The position numbers and the translations under genes are program-made. Positions 14,575 to 27,000 of a stretch of 64,000 nucleotides of DNA are shown in pieces. How positions within the stretch are numbered: position 1 is the stretch's first letter; each line of letters starts with the position of its first letter. The notes under the pieces were generated by a model that saw only the letters and a program-made list of their open reading frames with translations, was not told the origin of the DNA and searched no databases. Location: the NCBI RefSeq assembly GCF_009914755.1, contig NC_060926.1; one strand, written 5' to 3'. Source of the stretch: the human T2T-CHM13v2.0 reference genome, Homo sapiens.

Positions 14575-14855
14575 ACTGACAAATAATAATTACAGATATT
14601 TACGGAGTATGATGTGATATTTTGATGTATGTATACAATGTGGAATGATTAAATCAAGCTAATTAACATATCCTTTTTTGATGAGACATTTGAAATTTAC
14701 TCTCTTAGCAATCTTGAAATATACAATAGGTTGGTGCAAAAGTAATTGCAGTTTTTGCCTTTAAAAGTAATAACAAAAACTGCAATTACTTTTGCACCAC
14801 AATTACCTAATATTAACTGGAGTCACCATGTTCTGCAATAGATCTCAAAAACTTC
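14575..14855 (-). mobile_element. L1MA-like 3' end fragment (host of Made1)
   Basis: gtatacaatgtggaatgattaaatcaagctaattaacata...tttactctcttagcaat...gtcaccatg...caatagatctc. Confidence 0.75.
14727..14810. mobile_element. Made1 MITE (Hsmar1-derived)
   Basis: taggttggtgcaaaagtaattgc...gcaattacttttgcacc...acctaa inverted repeats, about 80 bp, at a TA site. Confidence 0.93.
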
Positions 14856-15207
14856 TGGTAATATATTTTTAAATTGTCTTAGCTCAAATTCAGAACCACC
14901 ATCTGCTTTCTTCCTCTCTAAGATTAAAGGACCATGTTCATATTTTGCTAAAGGAGACAGCATTTTGCTGCTCCCCTTTTCCTAACGGATGTCCACCTTT
15001 AATGAGCCTTTATTGTTTCAACAACTCCATTTAGCCACGCTATATGCCAGGTGCCTCAACACTGGAGTACCAGGGGAATCAGACAAACATGGTACTCCTG
15101 CTTAGATCTTAGAGTCTGGTTAAAAAAAAAAAAAAAAAAAAAATTCAGTAACCAAGTAATTATAACTGTAATGTGTGTTACCAAAGGGAAGTGCAGAATG
15201 CTCTGTC

Positions 15208-15532
15208 ACAGCATGGTCCAGCAAAAATAGGATGCAAGATACATGTGTAATTTAAAATTTTCTAGTTGCTACATTTTTAAAGAGTAAACAGAGGTGAAAT
15301 TAATTTTAATAACGTATTTTTATTTAACCTAACACATCCAAAATGTTCTCATTTCAACATATAACCAATATATTAATAAAACATGTTACTGACATATTTT
15401 GCATGCTGCTTCTTGTTCTCCATCTTCATACTTGGGCATGTGTTTGCATGCTTACATCTCACTTCAGACTCACTGTGTTTCAAGGGCTCAGTGGTCACAT
15501 CTGGCTGGCGGCCACTGCACTGGACATTGCAG
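15208..15532. mobile_element. MER33-like hAT DNA transposon
   Basis: aatttaaaattttctagt...gtgaaattaattttaataa...caagggctcagtggtcacatctggctggcggccact...tggaca. Confidence 0.75.
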
Positions 15533-18500
15533 CTTCAGAAGTGTGTATTAGAGGGCTTGGGAAGAACTGTCTGAGGAAGGTACATTTTGGTGTGGCTTGA
15601 AGGTTGGGGAAGTCAGGAAAAGGGAGGGGAACACACGTTTTAGGCAGAGGGAACAAATGGGGCAAAACCTCCAAAACAAAAGCGTTTGGCATATTTGAGA
15701 AGCTAAAAAGGAAGAAGGGAGCCACTGAGGCTGGAGAGGCAGGCAGAGGTGATGTTCTGAAGAGACTTTGAAGCAGTGGTAAGGAGTTTGGATTTGTTCC
15801 TAGAAGAATGGGGAGGCACTGTGTATAACTAGAAAAATGACATGATCAGAATGGCTCTTTTTAGAGAATTGCCTTTACTTTAAGGGGAAGGTAAGCAAGG
15901 ACTCTTTCCTCAGAGGGCAGCAGACAGTAGTGCAAGTGGTTAACCAGAGAGTTCCTATCCCAGAGCTGCCAGTTTCCTCATCTGTGAAATGGGAGTAATG
16001 GGAGCTCATCAAAGGGTTGTTGTTAGTATTCAATAAGATAACTGATGTGACTCACTTGGCACACAGCATTTGATAAATGTTTGTTCTTACCCTTGCCTGA
16101 GCCTGGAATAGTCTCTTATAGGAGAAATCCACAAACCTTCCTTTGTCTTCAGAACATACTTCAAATCTTGGGCATCCCTGCCTCTGGATTCCTGTGCTGA
16201 AGCACCCTAAACAAATGAGATAAGAATGGAATGGCTTTACTCCTACCCCACAACCCAAAATCAGACAAGAAAACCCTTTCGCTGTCTTGCCTTTCACCCG
16301 CTGTTTTTGCTTGCATATGCGTTTGCTTTCATAACCTGAGAACAGTTGTTGCATGAACCACATCCTCTCAGAGTTTTCTCTGTTCTATATCTTCTTAAAG
16401 GTTCCCACATGCTTCTTCTTTAAAAATATGGTAAGATCACTGAGGTTAACCTCCTAATGATAATTAGGGAGAAATAGTTCTCCAAATGGCTACTTGAGTA
16501 AGAAGAAGCAATGACATTACCAGATAATAATAGATCAATTATTTATGGGATTTGCAAACAGTCAGTCACCTAAGGCATTTTACTTATGAAATTTTAAAAT
16601 AAAAACACTTAATACATAGATATTAAATCACATGGAACAGGTTTTCCTCACTTCTAGCCAAACACACGGGAACATCTTAGGCTGCCTTCTGCTCCTTCCT
16701 TCCTTCTGTTCTTGGTAAATGCACCCTTGGTAAATGCAGGCTGCCAGTCTGCATCCTGGGAGGAGCCTCACTGTAGAAAAAAAGAAGGAAACTGACAGGT
16801 CTCAATAATCCCTTTAGGTTTATGCGATAAGACAGTCATGTATTGAAAGTTCTGTCTTTGTTTGGAAGAGATTTGCTTTAAAATGCAGCCCACCATTTTG
16901 AAAGTCCTAAGGGGCAGAAAGCAGAGATTTGTAGTGTTTCCATGTTAGGTAGAGATAGAGGCAAGAAAACAGGTAAGCAGTGGAGTCCTCTTATTATCTT
17001 GGGCAAGTGCCCAGGGTGAGCCTGTGTCCTAGCACAGCGAGTCATGACTGACTACCTTCCCACACTTCGGCTGTTTCTGTTTCATGGCTGCAAAACCCAA
17101 CACTTCCAGAATCTGGAGCCTCACATAAGGGAAGCAGATGGGATTGAGATACTTGGAGATTTCTCTCAAAACAGGCTGATCTTAGAGTGATTAACCCCAG
17201 TCTGACTGAAAGCTTTAATCAAGGGGCTGTTGTAGCTGTGTCATCTTCAGCTGAACATTTCCCCTTTCTTGAAGAGATACTGTGAAAATCTGTCCTGAGG
17301 GTGAGCTACAATCCTCGTCGTACTTCCAAAAAAAATTATGTCCACAGTTTAAGTTCCTAGTCAATAAAAGAACACAAGAACATTTGATTCCTTCTCATTG
17401 TACTTGCAGATGTTGCAAGTATGTCTAAACCTTTCAAGTTACTTTGAATAAAAAAACTGTGACCTCCAGGTAGAAATGCCAGGTTTCTAAAGTATGCGTG
17501 AGCCTCCATCAGCTCATTATTGTGGGTTTTTTTTTCTTCTTATACACATTCTTGGAAATTAGAAAAATACAGAAAGGGGAAGGGAGGAAAATATGAGTGA
17601 AATCAAATTTTAGAACTTAATATATCATGCTACTTATTTCTTTGGCCTTTTAGAATACTGTTGGCATATCTAATTGAAACCATCATCTGTACTAGGGCAA
17701 CTTGATGATAAAAGAAAACAAAACTATGTTTAGGGAACCTGGTTTATGAACCTGATCTGAAATGAACTTGATATTTTATGTAGTATGCTACTTTTCTGAT
17801 TTGCTTCCATATTTTATATGGTATGCTTTTAGGACTTTGATCATGTTTGTTTTGATGAGCCTTGCAAAGGCTTAAAAGGTTTCTTGAAAACATCAATAGG
17901 TTTTTGCTATTCCAGGAATTTTGCCAAACCTAGATCAAATATACTACTGCCCTCAGGTTTCTGAGTCCTTAAAGGTTATCAGAATTATTTGTTTGTATAT
18001 TCTTGTCCTGTATTTGTACTAAAATTATGTTTATTGTAGCTTTTGCCTACTAGATTGTTTGAGGTAGAAAAAAGTCTTTTACAATTTTCAATCAATACAG
18101 ATAAATACGCTCACATGCAGAGGACTATACAAAAGTCAATCGAGTGCATTATTTTTAATTCAAAGTGTAGGACAAAGACCTTTTTTTCATGGTAATTATT
18201 TTACCTTTCCCAACTGGGAGTTACTATGCTATTAAAATAATGGCCTAAGGCAGTTTACATAGCATGCATTTAAATATTAAGAGAATCTATTTGTGTTTTT
18301 CTGTTGGACATTTTTGTCTTAATTGATCTATTTCTTCCACATTAATATGTATTAGTCTTAATAAAGACACTGGCTATGTTCAAGTGGCCAAAGATAGACC
18401 ACTTTTCTAAGAGTTTATTCAGAAGAAATATCTCATCCAAAGTTACCTTCAATGCAAGCTTCACAATTTGACAATGTGCATTTGGAACCATAATCCCTGG

Positions 18501-21153
18501 CCTGGGTTTTCTACTTCAGGGAATTGATTCTGAGAAGATAATTCCAAATATGAGTGGGTAAGGGGAACTTTTGGCCTAAGTTTATAGCATATTAATACTA
18601 CTAGCAAATCATTAAAAACTTAAAGGCACATTGACAAAAAAATGTTAAATTATGCTGTATACATTTAAAGGAATTTTGATGGTTACAAAGAGTTTATAGC
18701 AACATGTAAAATTGCTTATGATTTAGCATTATGTAAAAAGGAAAGATACAAAATTTTATATAAAGTATGATTACACTTCAGTTAAAAATAAAACAAAACC
18801 CACACTTAGAAACAGGGGCTGAATATTAATATTCCAAAATATTAACACAATTATCTTTGACTGGTTGGTTTTGGAAGATTAAACTTTTTTATACTTTCCA
18901 ATAAGCATGCATTATATGTAATGGAAAAATAGGAAAAGGTAGAAACCTATACCTGAGTATATGCCTTTACTACAATTGATAATCTGATTCTCTGTATCTA
19001 TTCTTAACAATGGTGAATTTTTATCATCACATATACTGTCTTCCTACACTTTCTCTCACCTCCTCCCAACTCCAGCTGTAGGCTACAGCCAGACTAGGGG
19101 ACTCACAATGCCTTAAACTCCCGTCTGTGTGACTTTGGCTCCAGCCTGCAATTCCATCTGCTCTCTCACTATCAAGCCCTGTTCATCCTAAAGACCCTGT
19201 TCAAATCCCACCTCCTCTGGGAAGATTCCTTGAACCACCCTGGACAACGGTTGCTCTTCCCTTCTTCCCCCAACACAAACCTTCTGACTCTATAAAATAC
19301 TTGTGTATATGTAAAACGGTTCCACCGGATGTGCCTTTCATCATTTTGGGCCAGCCAACAGAGGAGGCATGGGCATCCCTCTGACCTTGAGAAGCCCCAC
19401 CTGCTGATTTATCAGTGCTGACACTGACAGGTGACAAGTGGGTAACGACTACCTATAAAACTGTATGCATTTTTCTGACTGTTCATTACCTTAACTTAAA
19501 AAGTCAACTGTAGAGATTCTGCAACATGTATCATTAAATGTGCTTCACTTATTCTGAATTTAATACATTGCCTAAACGTATTTGTGAAAATTTCTGAGAC
19601 TTGACATTCAGCTTGTACCTCCAGAAGCCTCTGGTTGTCTATTGACAACTGTGTGTTGTTAAGACTCAAATCATTGGGCTTCCTAAGGGTTAAATCTAGG
19701 AAGAATGTGATCATGTTATATTTGCAATGAAATATGTGAATAAATAGGATACATTAATATTTTATTCCATGATCTGCTAGGAAAATATATGCTTTGGCAG
19801 GTACAGCTAGTATTTAAATAAAATAGCTGTAAAACATTTAATAACATATGGACTTCAATACTTTTTTTGTTTTGATTTTTCCTGTGTTTACATACTTTTG
19901 AGGGTGTTGGTGGTGTTTTACGTAGTAGTAGATAGTTGACATTTGCAATCAGTATTCTTAGACATTTCCAGAATCGCTGAAGGAATGAATATTACTAAAA
20001 ATGCTGCATGCTCTGCTAGGCTCACTGTCTAGCCAGGTAACCTCCTGCTGAAGACTCCCCTCTGTGGAGGTCGGTGGTGGTAACATTTTTTTTCTGGGTG
20101 TCTTTCATGCATACAAGCATATATGCATTCTCTTTTTTCCTTCGAGTCATTCCTAAAGGAAAATTGCTGCATGTTGGGCTGTAGATCAGGATTACATATG
20201 AGTAAGTGCTACTCAAATGTTTTTATAAACTTCAAAATTCCAAGGTTTCCTTTACTTTTTTGTATGACTCATCTGTATAAGAGAGGGTTGGTAAGTACTT
20301 TCTTAAATTTTTTTTGATAAGAAGTTCTAAATCAAGCTTTTTCTTCTGAGTTTTCATTAAAGAATATATATACATAGAATATACATGTAAAAAAAAGTGC
20401 ACACATCATTTAGGTCAGTACATTTTCACAAATGCAGTCATATAAACAGCATTTAGATCAAGAAACAGAATGTCACCACCACCCCAGAAGCCTACCTCAT
20501 GTTTCCTTCTAGCCACTCCCCACTATCCTGCCTTCCAAGGGTATAGTAATCTGTTTTTATGCTTTATATCAGTGAAATCATCTGGTGTATACCTTTTGTA
20601 TCCAGCTTCTCTCATTCAGCATTCGGTTTGTGAGATTTATCCACATTGTTGCATGCAGGTGTGAATTGTTTTCTCTCATTCCATTATGGGACTACATGAT
20701 GTATTGTTCATTCTGTTGGTGGTGGGCTATGGTGAATAGCACTGCTCTGAACATTTTAGTATATGTCTTTTAGTGAATGTATGTACAATATTTTTGTTGG
20801 GCTTTTATGTGGCAGTAGATTTCTGAGGTGTTAGGAATGTGCTTGTTCAGGTTTATGTTCTATATATGGACTTCCAGAAGTCCATTTACCTCTGAAATTA
20901 TAAGCACAATTTTAGATATATGTATGTGCATACCATAACTTCTAGGTAATTCTTAGAAGTGTCCCAAAAACAGTCAGAAATACTTATCAAAACAACGAAG
21001 CCTCAAAACTGGTTTTGTGTCTATCTAGGGAAAAATAAGAGGAAGTCAAGATGGTGGAGAAGTATGTTTTCAGGATCCAAGACAGTCTGTTTTCTAGAAC
21101 TTCCTTGATCTAAAGGAAATATAAAGGTGTCCACTTGAAATTAATGTGTTTTC

Positions 21154-21520
21154 CCATGGAATACTATGCAGCCATAAAAAAGAATGAGATCCTGTCTTTT
21201 GCAGGAACATGGTTGGAGCTGGAGGCCATCATCCTTAGCAAACTAATGCAGGAACAGAAAACCAAATACTGCATGCTCTCACTTTAAGTGGAAGCTAAAT
21301 GATGAGAATACATGGACCCACAGAGAGGCACAACACACACTGGGGCCTATTGTAGGGTAGAGGGTAGGAGGAGGGAGACGATCAGGAACAATAACTAATG
21401 GGTACTGGGCTTAATACTTGGGTGATTAAATCCTCTGTACAACAAACTCCCATGACACAAGTTTACCTATATAACAAACCTGCATATGTACCCCTGAACT
21501 TAAAAGTTTTTAAAAAGAAA
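21154..21520 (+). mobile_element. L1PA/PB 3' end, 5'-truncated
   Basis: catggaatactatgcagccataaaaaagaatgag...aacctgcatatgtacccctgaacttaaaa; degenerate TSD gaaattaatgtgttttc / gaaattaatatatcttc. Confidence 0.9.
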
Positions 21521-23487
21521 GAAATTAATATATCTTCTGTCCAACCTAAAATACCTTAGTGCAGATTTGAACTGAAGGGAAATGTTATTCCTAGGCAGGA
21601 AAAAGCAAAAGTAAAATAGTTCACAAATTAATTTCCAACATCCAGTAAACTTAGCCTTTTCATATCTAACCATGAAGAGCAAAACTGGAATTTCAGAAAT
21701 GAAAAGAGGAAAAATTCTTTTCATGCCACTTCCAGCTAAAAACTCCTCAGAGATTTCTCTACATATTAATCAAATAAATATTTAATGAACAATCTGTATG
21801 CACAAAGCACCGCAGGGATTCTGAGATAACAAAGACACAATTTTTTAAGGACTTCATGTAGTACTTGGAGAAACAGATATATCAATAACTGTGGTATAAG
21901 CAATGAAATATTTACTGTAATGGAGATTCAGGAAATGCAGAAAGGTCCTGAGGGTGCACTCAGGATATGACTGGTGTCTGGCGGAAATATATCCCATAGA
22001 TCCCTCAAAATCAAGAAAATCAGGAATACCCTAACCCGATCAATAATCTCCCTTTCAGTTGTTTCATCTGATGCATTGATTATGAATCTTCAAAGACCAA
22101 GGATGAGAAAAGTCACCTGTAGTGTGCTATATTTTTTAAAGCAGTTTCTATAGCTTCTCAGATTGTTTCAGTAGGTGTGTCTCTAATTGAGCCAATCTCA
22201 TTTTTAAACATCTTGTAACCCAAACCTAGGATTATAATTAACTTAGTATCATTTACCAGAATAGTGTCCTTTGAACTCTGACAAATCAGATGAGCACAAC
22301 AGATGACATTCTCAAATGTCCATGAAATAAACTGATGTTTGCACAGGTATTTTTATTCAAACTAGAATTACATAACATGGTAAATCATTATATGTTATTA
22401 TTTATAGGGTGTTATTGTAAGTTTGTTACTGTGACATAGTTTTAAGGATGTATCTACTGTATGCCCAATGGGCTTGAGAAAATACTTCCAAAGTTTTGAG
22501 AAATGGAAACTTGCCTTTCTATCAGGGTATCTGAGATAGCTGTAATCTTGTTAGATGTTATACACTGTAAATATGCATGCTTGTAATATTTATAAATTTG
22601 TTCTCTATACTTAGGTTTTAACATCCCAGGTTAGTAGACATTTCTTCTGCTTTTCTGGTGGGGAGAGAATGCTAACTTTGATTGGGATTTTTCAAACTTT
22701 AGAAATCTGGCCTTCCTGAACACAATTAAAGCCCAAGCTTGTGACCCAAACTCTGCCATCCTTTACAGAATCCAATTCCTTGATGAGGGCGGTAGGGGAG
22801 GGGCTGGGTTTCTGGGGTCCAATGTGTGCACTTTGGGAGTCTCAGTGGTACCCAGTGGCGGGGGCCGTGGGGCTTGGCCAAGGTGACCCTGTTCTGCCTC
22901 AAGTAGTTAGAATAAGGATAAGGATTGATCCATTCAGCAAATACTGAAATCACGCTATTGAGATTTAAATTCACATGTAAACATTTTCCAATACTAATTT
23001 CATAAATTATTATTAAATTTCATAAAAATGGAGTGTGTTTTTTTCCTGATTCTCTTAGGAGGGTAATGTAAGGATTATGTTGTGTTTTTATGTATTCTTG
23101 TGTTTTTATCTATTCTTATGAAATGTTTATATAATGAATTTGGTTGAGATAGTTTATTTGTAATTTAGAAAGTTTGAAGTGTGTTATTTGTGAATATTAA
23201 GTATATTACTCAAATACTCCTAAAGGCCAAATGCATTTTCTTTAATAAATTATAAGTATTTGATTTTCCTGTAAGGTACTTGAGTATTCCAAAAATAAGG
23301 ACAATTGTGATTGCACAATAATTCCTTTAACTGGAAAACATATTGGCTTATTTAGATAACATAAATGTTGTTAGAATGATGACCTTATGATTATATTGAC
23401 TAGATCCAATCTTTAGAAATGCTCACATGTTAGTAAGGATTATGAAGTTATGGATCCATAGGGTTCTACTGATACTCATCCAATTCT

Positions 23488-23643
23488 TTGATGCTCAAAG
23501 TGTGGTTCCCACACCAGCAGCATCAACATCACTTGGCAGAAATGAAGAATCTTAGGTAACATCTCAGACCAACATAACCAAAATCTGCATTTTAATGAGA
23601 TCCCCATGGGCTTCATGCAGTCATTAAAATTTGCAAAGCACTG
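23488..23643. mobile_element. MER5A-like
   Basis: ctcaaagtgtggt...ccagcagcatcaacatcacttgg...aatctgcattttaa...gcactg. Confidence 0.75.
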
Positions 23644-23914
23644 ATTTTGTGCATCATTTTATCAGACACAAAACCCAGTCCGTTTAAAAAAACAAAGGAC
23701 TAGGAAGAGGGGAATTACTTAGTATTCCTCTCTGTCAGTAAGTTTCTACTCAATTGCAACTCATTGAATCTGATTCTTCACACCACAGTGCAGTGGAAAC
23801 ACCCAATCAGTTTGCTCCCAACATCCCTTCATATACCTGAACACATAAGTTACTCTCAGTTTTCTCTTTGGGCACCTACAATGAAGTCAGCTAGAATAAA
23901 TGAATCAATGAAGA

Positions 23915-24420
23915 AATTCTTCCATTCATTCAATAAATCCTTGAGTAGTTCTGTATGCCAAGAGCTGGGGTAGAACAGTGAGCAAAACAAGGTTCTTGTC
24001 TTCATGCAGCTAACATTTCAGTACAGTAAACAGGTAAGAAACGAACATGAATATCCAGTGTGATAAATGCTATAGCGAGAGGGGTAAAGAGTGCCAGATA
24101 TGGGGCAGGGATACGATATCCTATAGAATGGACAGAGCAGGCCTCTCCAAGAAGGTGTGTTTGAGCAGAGACCTGAAAGAAGTGAGGGTGTGAGCCATGG
24201 GGCTGTCTGGGAAGAGTGCATCCAGGCAAAAGGAAGAGAGGGTGTGGCCTGAGCAGAGGGCTAGAGAGCAGAGATAAGATCAGAGGTTGCAAGGAGCCAG
24301 ACAGTTACACTGTAAACTATAGAGTTTGGCTTTCACTGGGAGTGGGAAGAGAAGCCATTGGAGGATTTGGGGCAACATGATCTGATCTATGTTTTTATAG
24401 GATCATGCGGCTATGGGGTT
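23915..24420 (-). mobile_element. L2 3' fragment
   Basis: ttcattcaataaat...tgag...tatgcca...tttgagcagagacctgaa...gaagccattggaggattt. Confidence 0.75.
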
Positions 24421-24622
24421 GATGATGTTGGGGCAGGGATGGCAGGGGATGGAAGCATACACACCTTCTAGGACAGGATCATGATCTCTAGACAAGGGAT
24501 AACCAAGGCTTGGATAAGGCACAAGTGGCTATGGAGCACTTGAAATGTAGCTAATGAAATTTAGGAACAGAATTTAAAATTTTTAATTTAAATGAAAATT
24601 CCTGCCAGGCATGGTAATTTAC

Positions 24623-24746
24623 ACAATCATAGCTCACTGCAACCTCAAACTACTGGGCTCAAGTGATCCTCCTGCTTCAGTCTCTCAAGTAGCTAGGACT
24701 GCAGGCATGTGCCACCACACCAGGCTATTTTTTTTTAAATTAGAGA
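24623..24746 (-). mobile_element. Partial AluJ
   Basis: aatcatagctcactgcaacctc...gccaccacaccaggcta. Confidence 0.85.
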
Positions 24747-25724
24747 TTATAAAGGGAAATGTCATAGTGTTCCAGCCCTTTTGTAATAAGTGCCAGTCCA
24801 TGAAAGTTGTAAGAATTGAACCATGTCTTCAAAATCTTAACATTTGTTTTATTTCCAAAAAGCACTCAACACACTATTCCCAGGTTTGGACTTTGTTGTC
24901 AGAATTTCTCGTATTGGAAACAAGGGTGAATGATGAGGCCAAGGCTTAGATTTGTAAAAGGAGGAGGGAACAGTGGTTGAAGACTCTTTTTCAGAGTTTA
25001 TGTTTCCATAGAAGTCACAGTTGTAAGGGGAGACACACCGTAATGGGCAGTGGCTTCTGTGGAATATTATGGTTGGCTTGTGTACATCTCTTAGCTTCTA
25101 CTACTCAAATGCAGATTTCATAGTAATATGTTGGTATTGCCATTATAAGAAAATCTAGGCTCGATCAAGCCAATTTGTAAGGAAAAAATGAACTACTTTG
25201 TAAGATCTAAAAGAGAACCATTCTTACTGGTAAGAACAGGGACCTCTCTAAAGTTACCATTTTATTTTTTGCCTCTAAATATCTGACTTAGAAGTGTCTA
25301 ACAGATATAGATATACCTCCTAGAAAGCAAACACTCAGAAGATCCTGTATGTTAAAAGAAAGATTACTATCTAATTGAAGCTGCCTCTCTCCACTAGAAG
25401 AATTCAGAAACAATCTTACATTGTAAGTTAGGGTTTGACAGAATCATTCTAAAAACATGCCATCTTGCAGCACTGTGTTAGGGTATGTTGCGGAGAAACT
25501 TGAACCATTTGCTAGCACCTGCTAAGAGCAGTACTCCAGAACAGTTGACAGGGGGGGTCCAGGCAGCCTGTTTCCTGGAAGCGCTTCCTTCGTCCGGTTT
25601 TACAGACTCACCATGCAGTCTTCTGTATTCTTCAGTCTCTTCTTACAGTCAGATACAAATAGTCAGACTGCAGCCTGAGACCACACTGTAGTCTTCAGTG
25701 CCCCTGATTTATGAGCCACTTAAA

Positions 25725-26063
25725 AAATATATATATAATAGCTATCTATTATAGATATTTTACATTTATATAATATACAATCTTTTATATCTATTATATA
25801 TTATATCTATTATTTATTTTATATGTAATAGTTCTCTCTATATAATTCTATATATATAATAGTTCTCTATATATATCTCTATATATAGATATCTCATGAT
25901 CTCTATATATGTATAGAGAGAATTATATATAAATATGTTATATAATAAATATAAAAAATAACTGTTATATATTTATATATGTAATATATAGTCTCAGTTA
26001 TTTGTTATAATATATGTAAAACCAACCAAATAACTCTCTAGAGAGAGACAGACAGAGAGAGAG
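25725..26063. repeat. AT-rich degenerate (TA)n low-complexity tract ending in (GA)n
   Basis: About 300 bp dominated by TATA/TCTA units. Confidence 0.9.
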
Positions 26064-26509
26064 TATATTTCAACTCAGTGAAATATACACATGAAATAAT
26101 CCCCTTCCCCCACTGACCACTATTAACTGTGTTCTCTCTGGTACTTAGCAACCATAAAAACACCTCAGTCTTAATCCATAAATGTTTTGTCACTTTGGGC
26201 CCTTAAAATGTTATTTCAGCTATTAAAGATTAGTCATGTACATGTTTTAAATGTTCAGCTCTTGTTGGAGCTGAATCCCTGAGGAGCCTGGACTGGTGGT
26301 CCCAGCATTCGGTGGGGTGGGGGTGTGAGGGTGAGATCTGTGTCTCCCATCCCACCTGTCTTTACTTGCACTTCTCTGCTACTAGTGTATGAGGGAGAGA
26401 GAAAGAAGACATTTATTCTTTTGACTGGTCAAGACAAATTTTTCCCTTCAGGAGACGACTGGTGGGCTAGAGTGGCTACAGTCAGAGAACCTTACCCCAT
26501 GAGATAAGA

Positions 26510-27000
26510 CACTCCTAAAGTCTTTTCCCTAGAGAGTCTGCCTTTATTATGGTGAATGCTCTGGGTGTATTTCACAATGATGATGCTTTCCTTCTCCTTG
26601 CCAGAGCCACAAGGAGACCCTTTTTTGGCTCTTCATGAGGAGCTGAAGTAGGTAAAACTGGTGGGGTTGAAGTAGGTAAAACTCACATAGTGTGGGTGCC
26701 CAGCTGAAAACGCCCCATCCCCAGGAGTTTCTCACTGTCAAGCTAATCTGCATTCAGCCTCCAGCAATTAATCAGAACTACCATCTAAGTATTCTTACCA
26801 GTTTGTGGTTTCCAGGTGAGCGAATCTCTCAATCAGGACTCTGGATTTTCCTGTCTCTCCAGATTTCTGGGTGGCAGTTTGCTTTGCAACCTCAATTCTC
26901 TGAGGAGCCCAAGAGCACTCATTATTTTCACTTTTTTCTTGGCCATAAGCGACAACTTTCAAGCTCTTTACAAGAGAAAAGCTGAAACTGGAAATCTCTA
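26510..27000 (-). mobile_element. Old L1M 5'-end fragment
   Basis: Resembles L1M 5' UTR sequence (ggtgaatgctctgg...tatttcacaatga...caggagtttctcact...cagcctccagcaat); from recall. Confidence 0.55.

Noticed and set aside
26644-26683. 16-bp direct repeat tgaagtaggtaaaact with an 8-nt spacer (similar pairs at 16711-16738 and 57458-57515)
   Set aside because: Only two copies, consistent with ordinary slippage duplication; not CRISPR-like or array-like.
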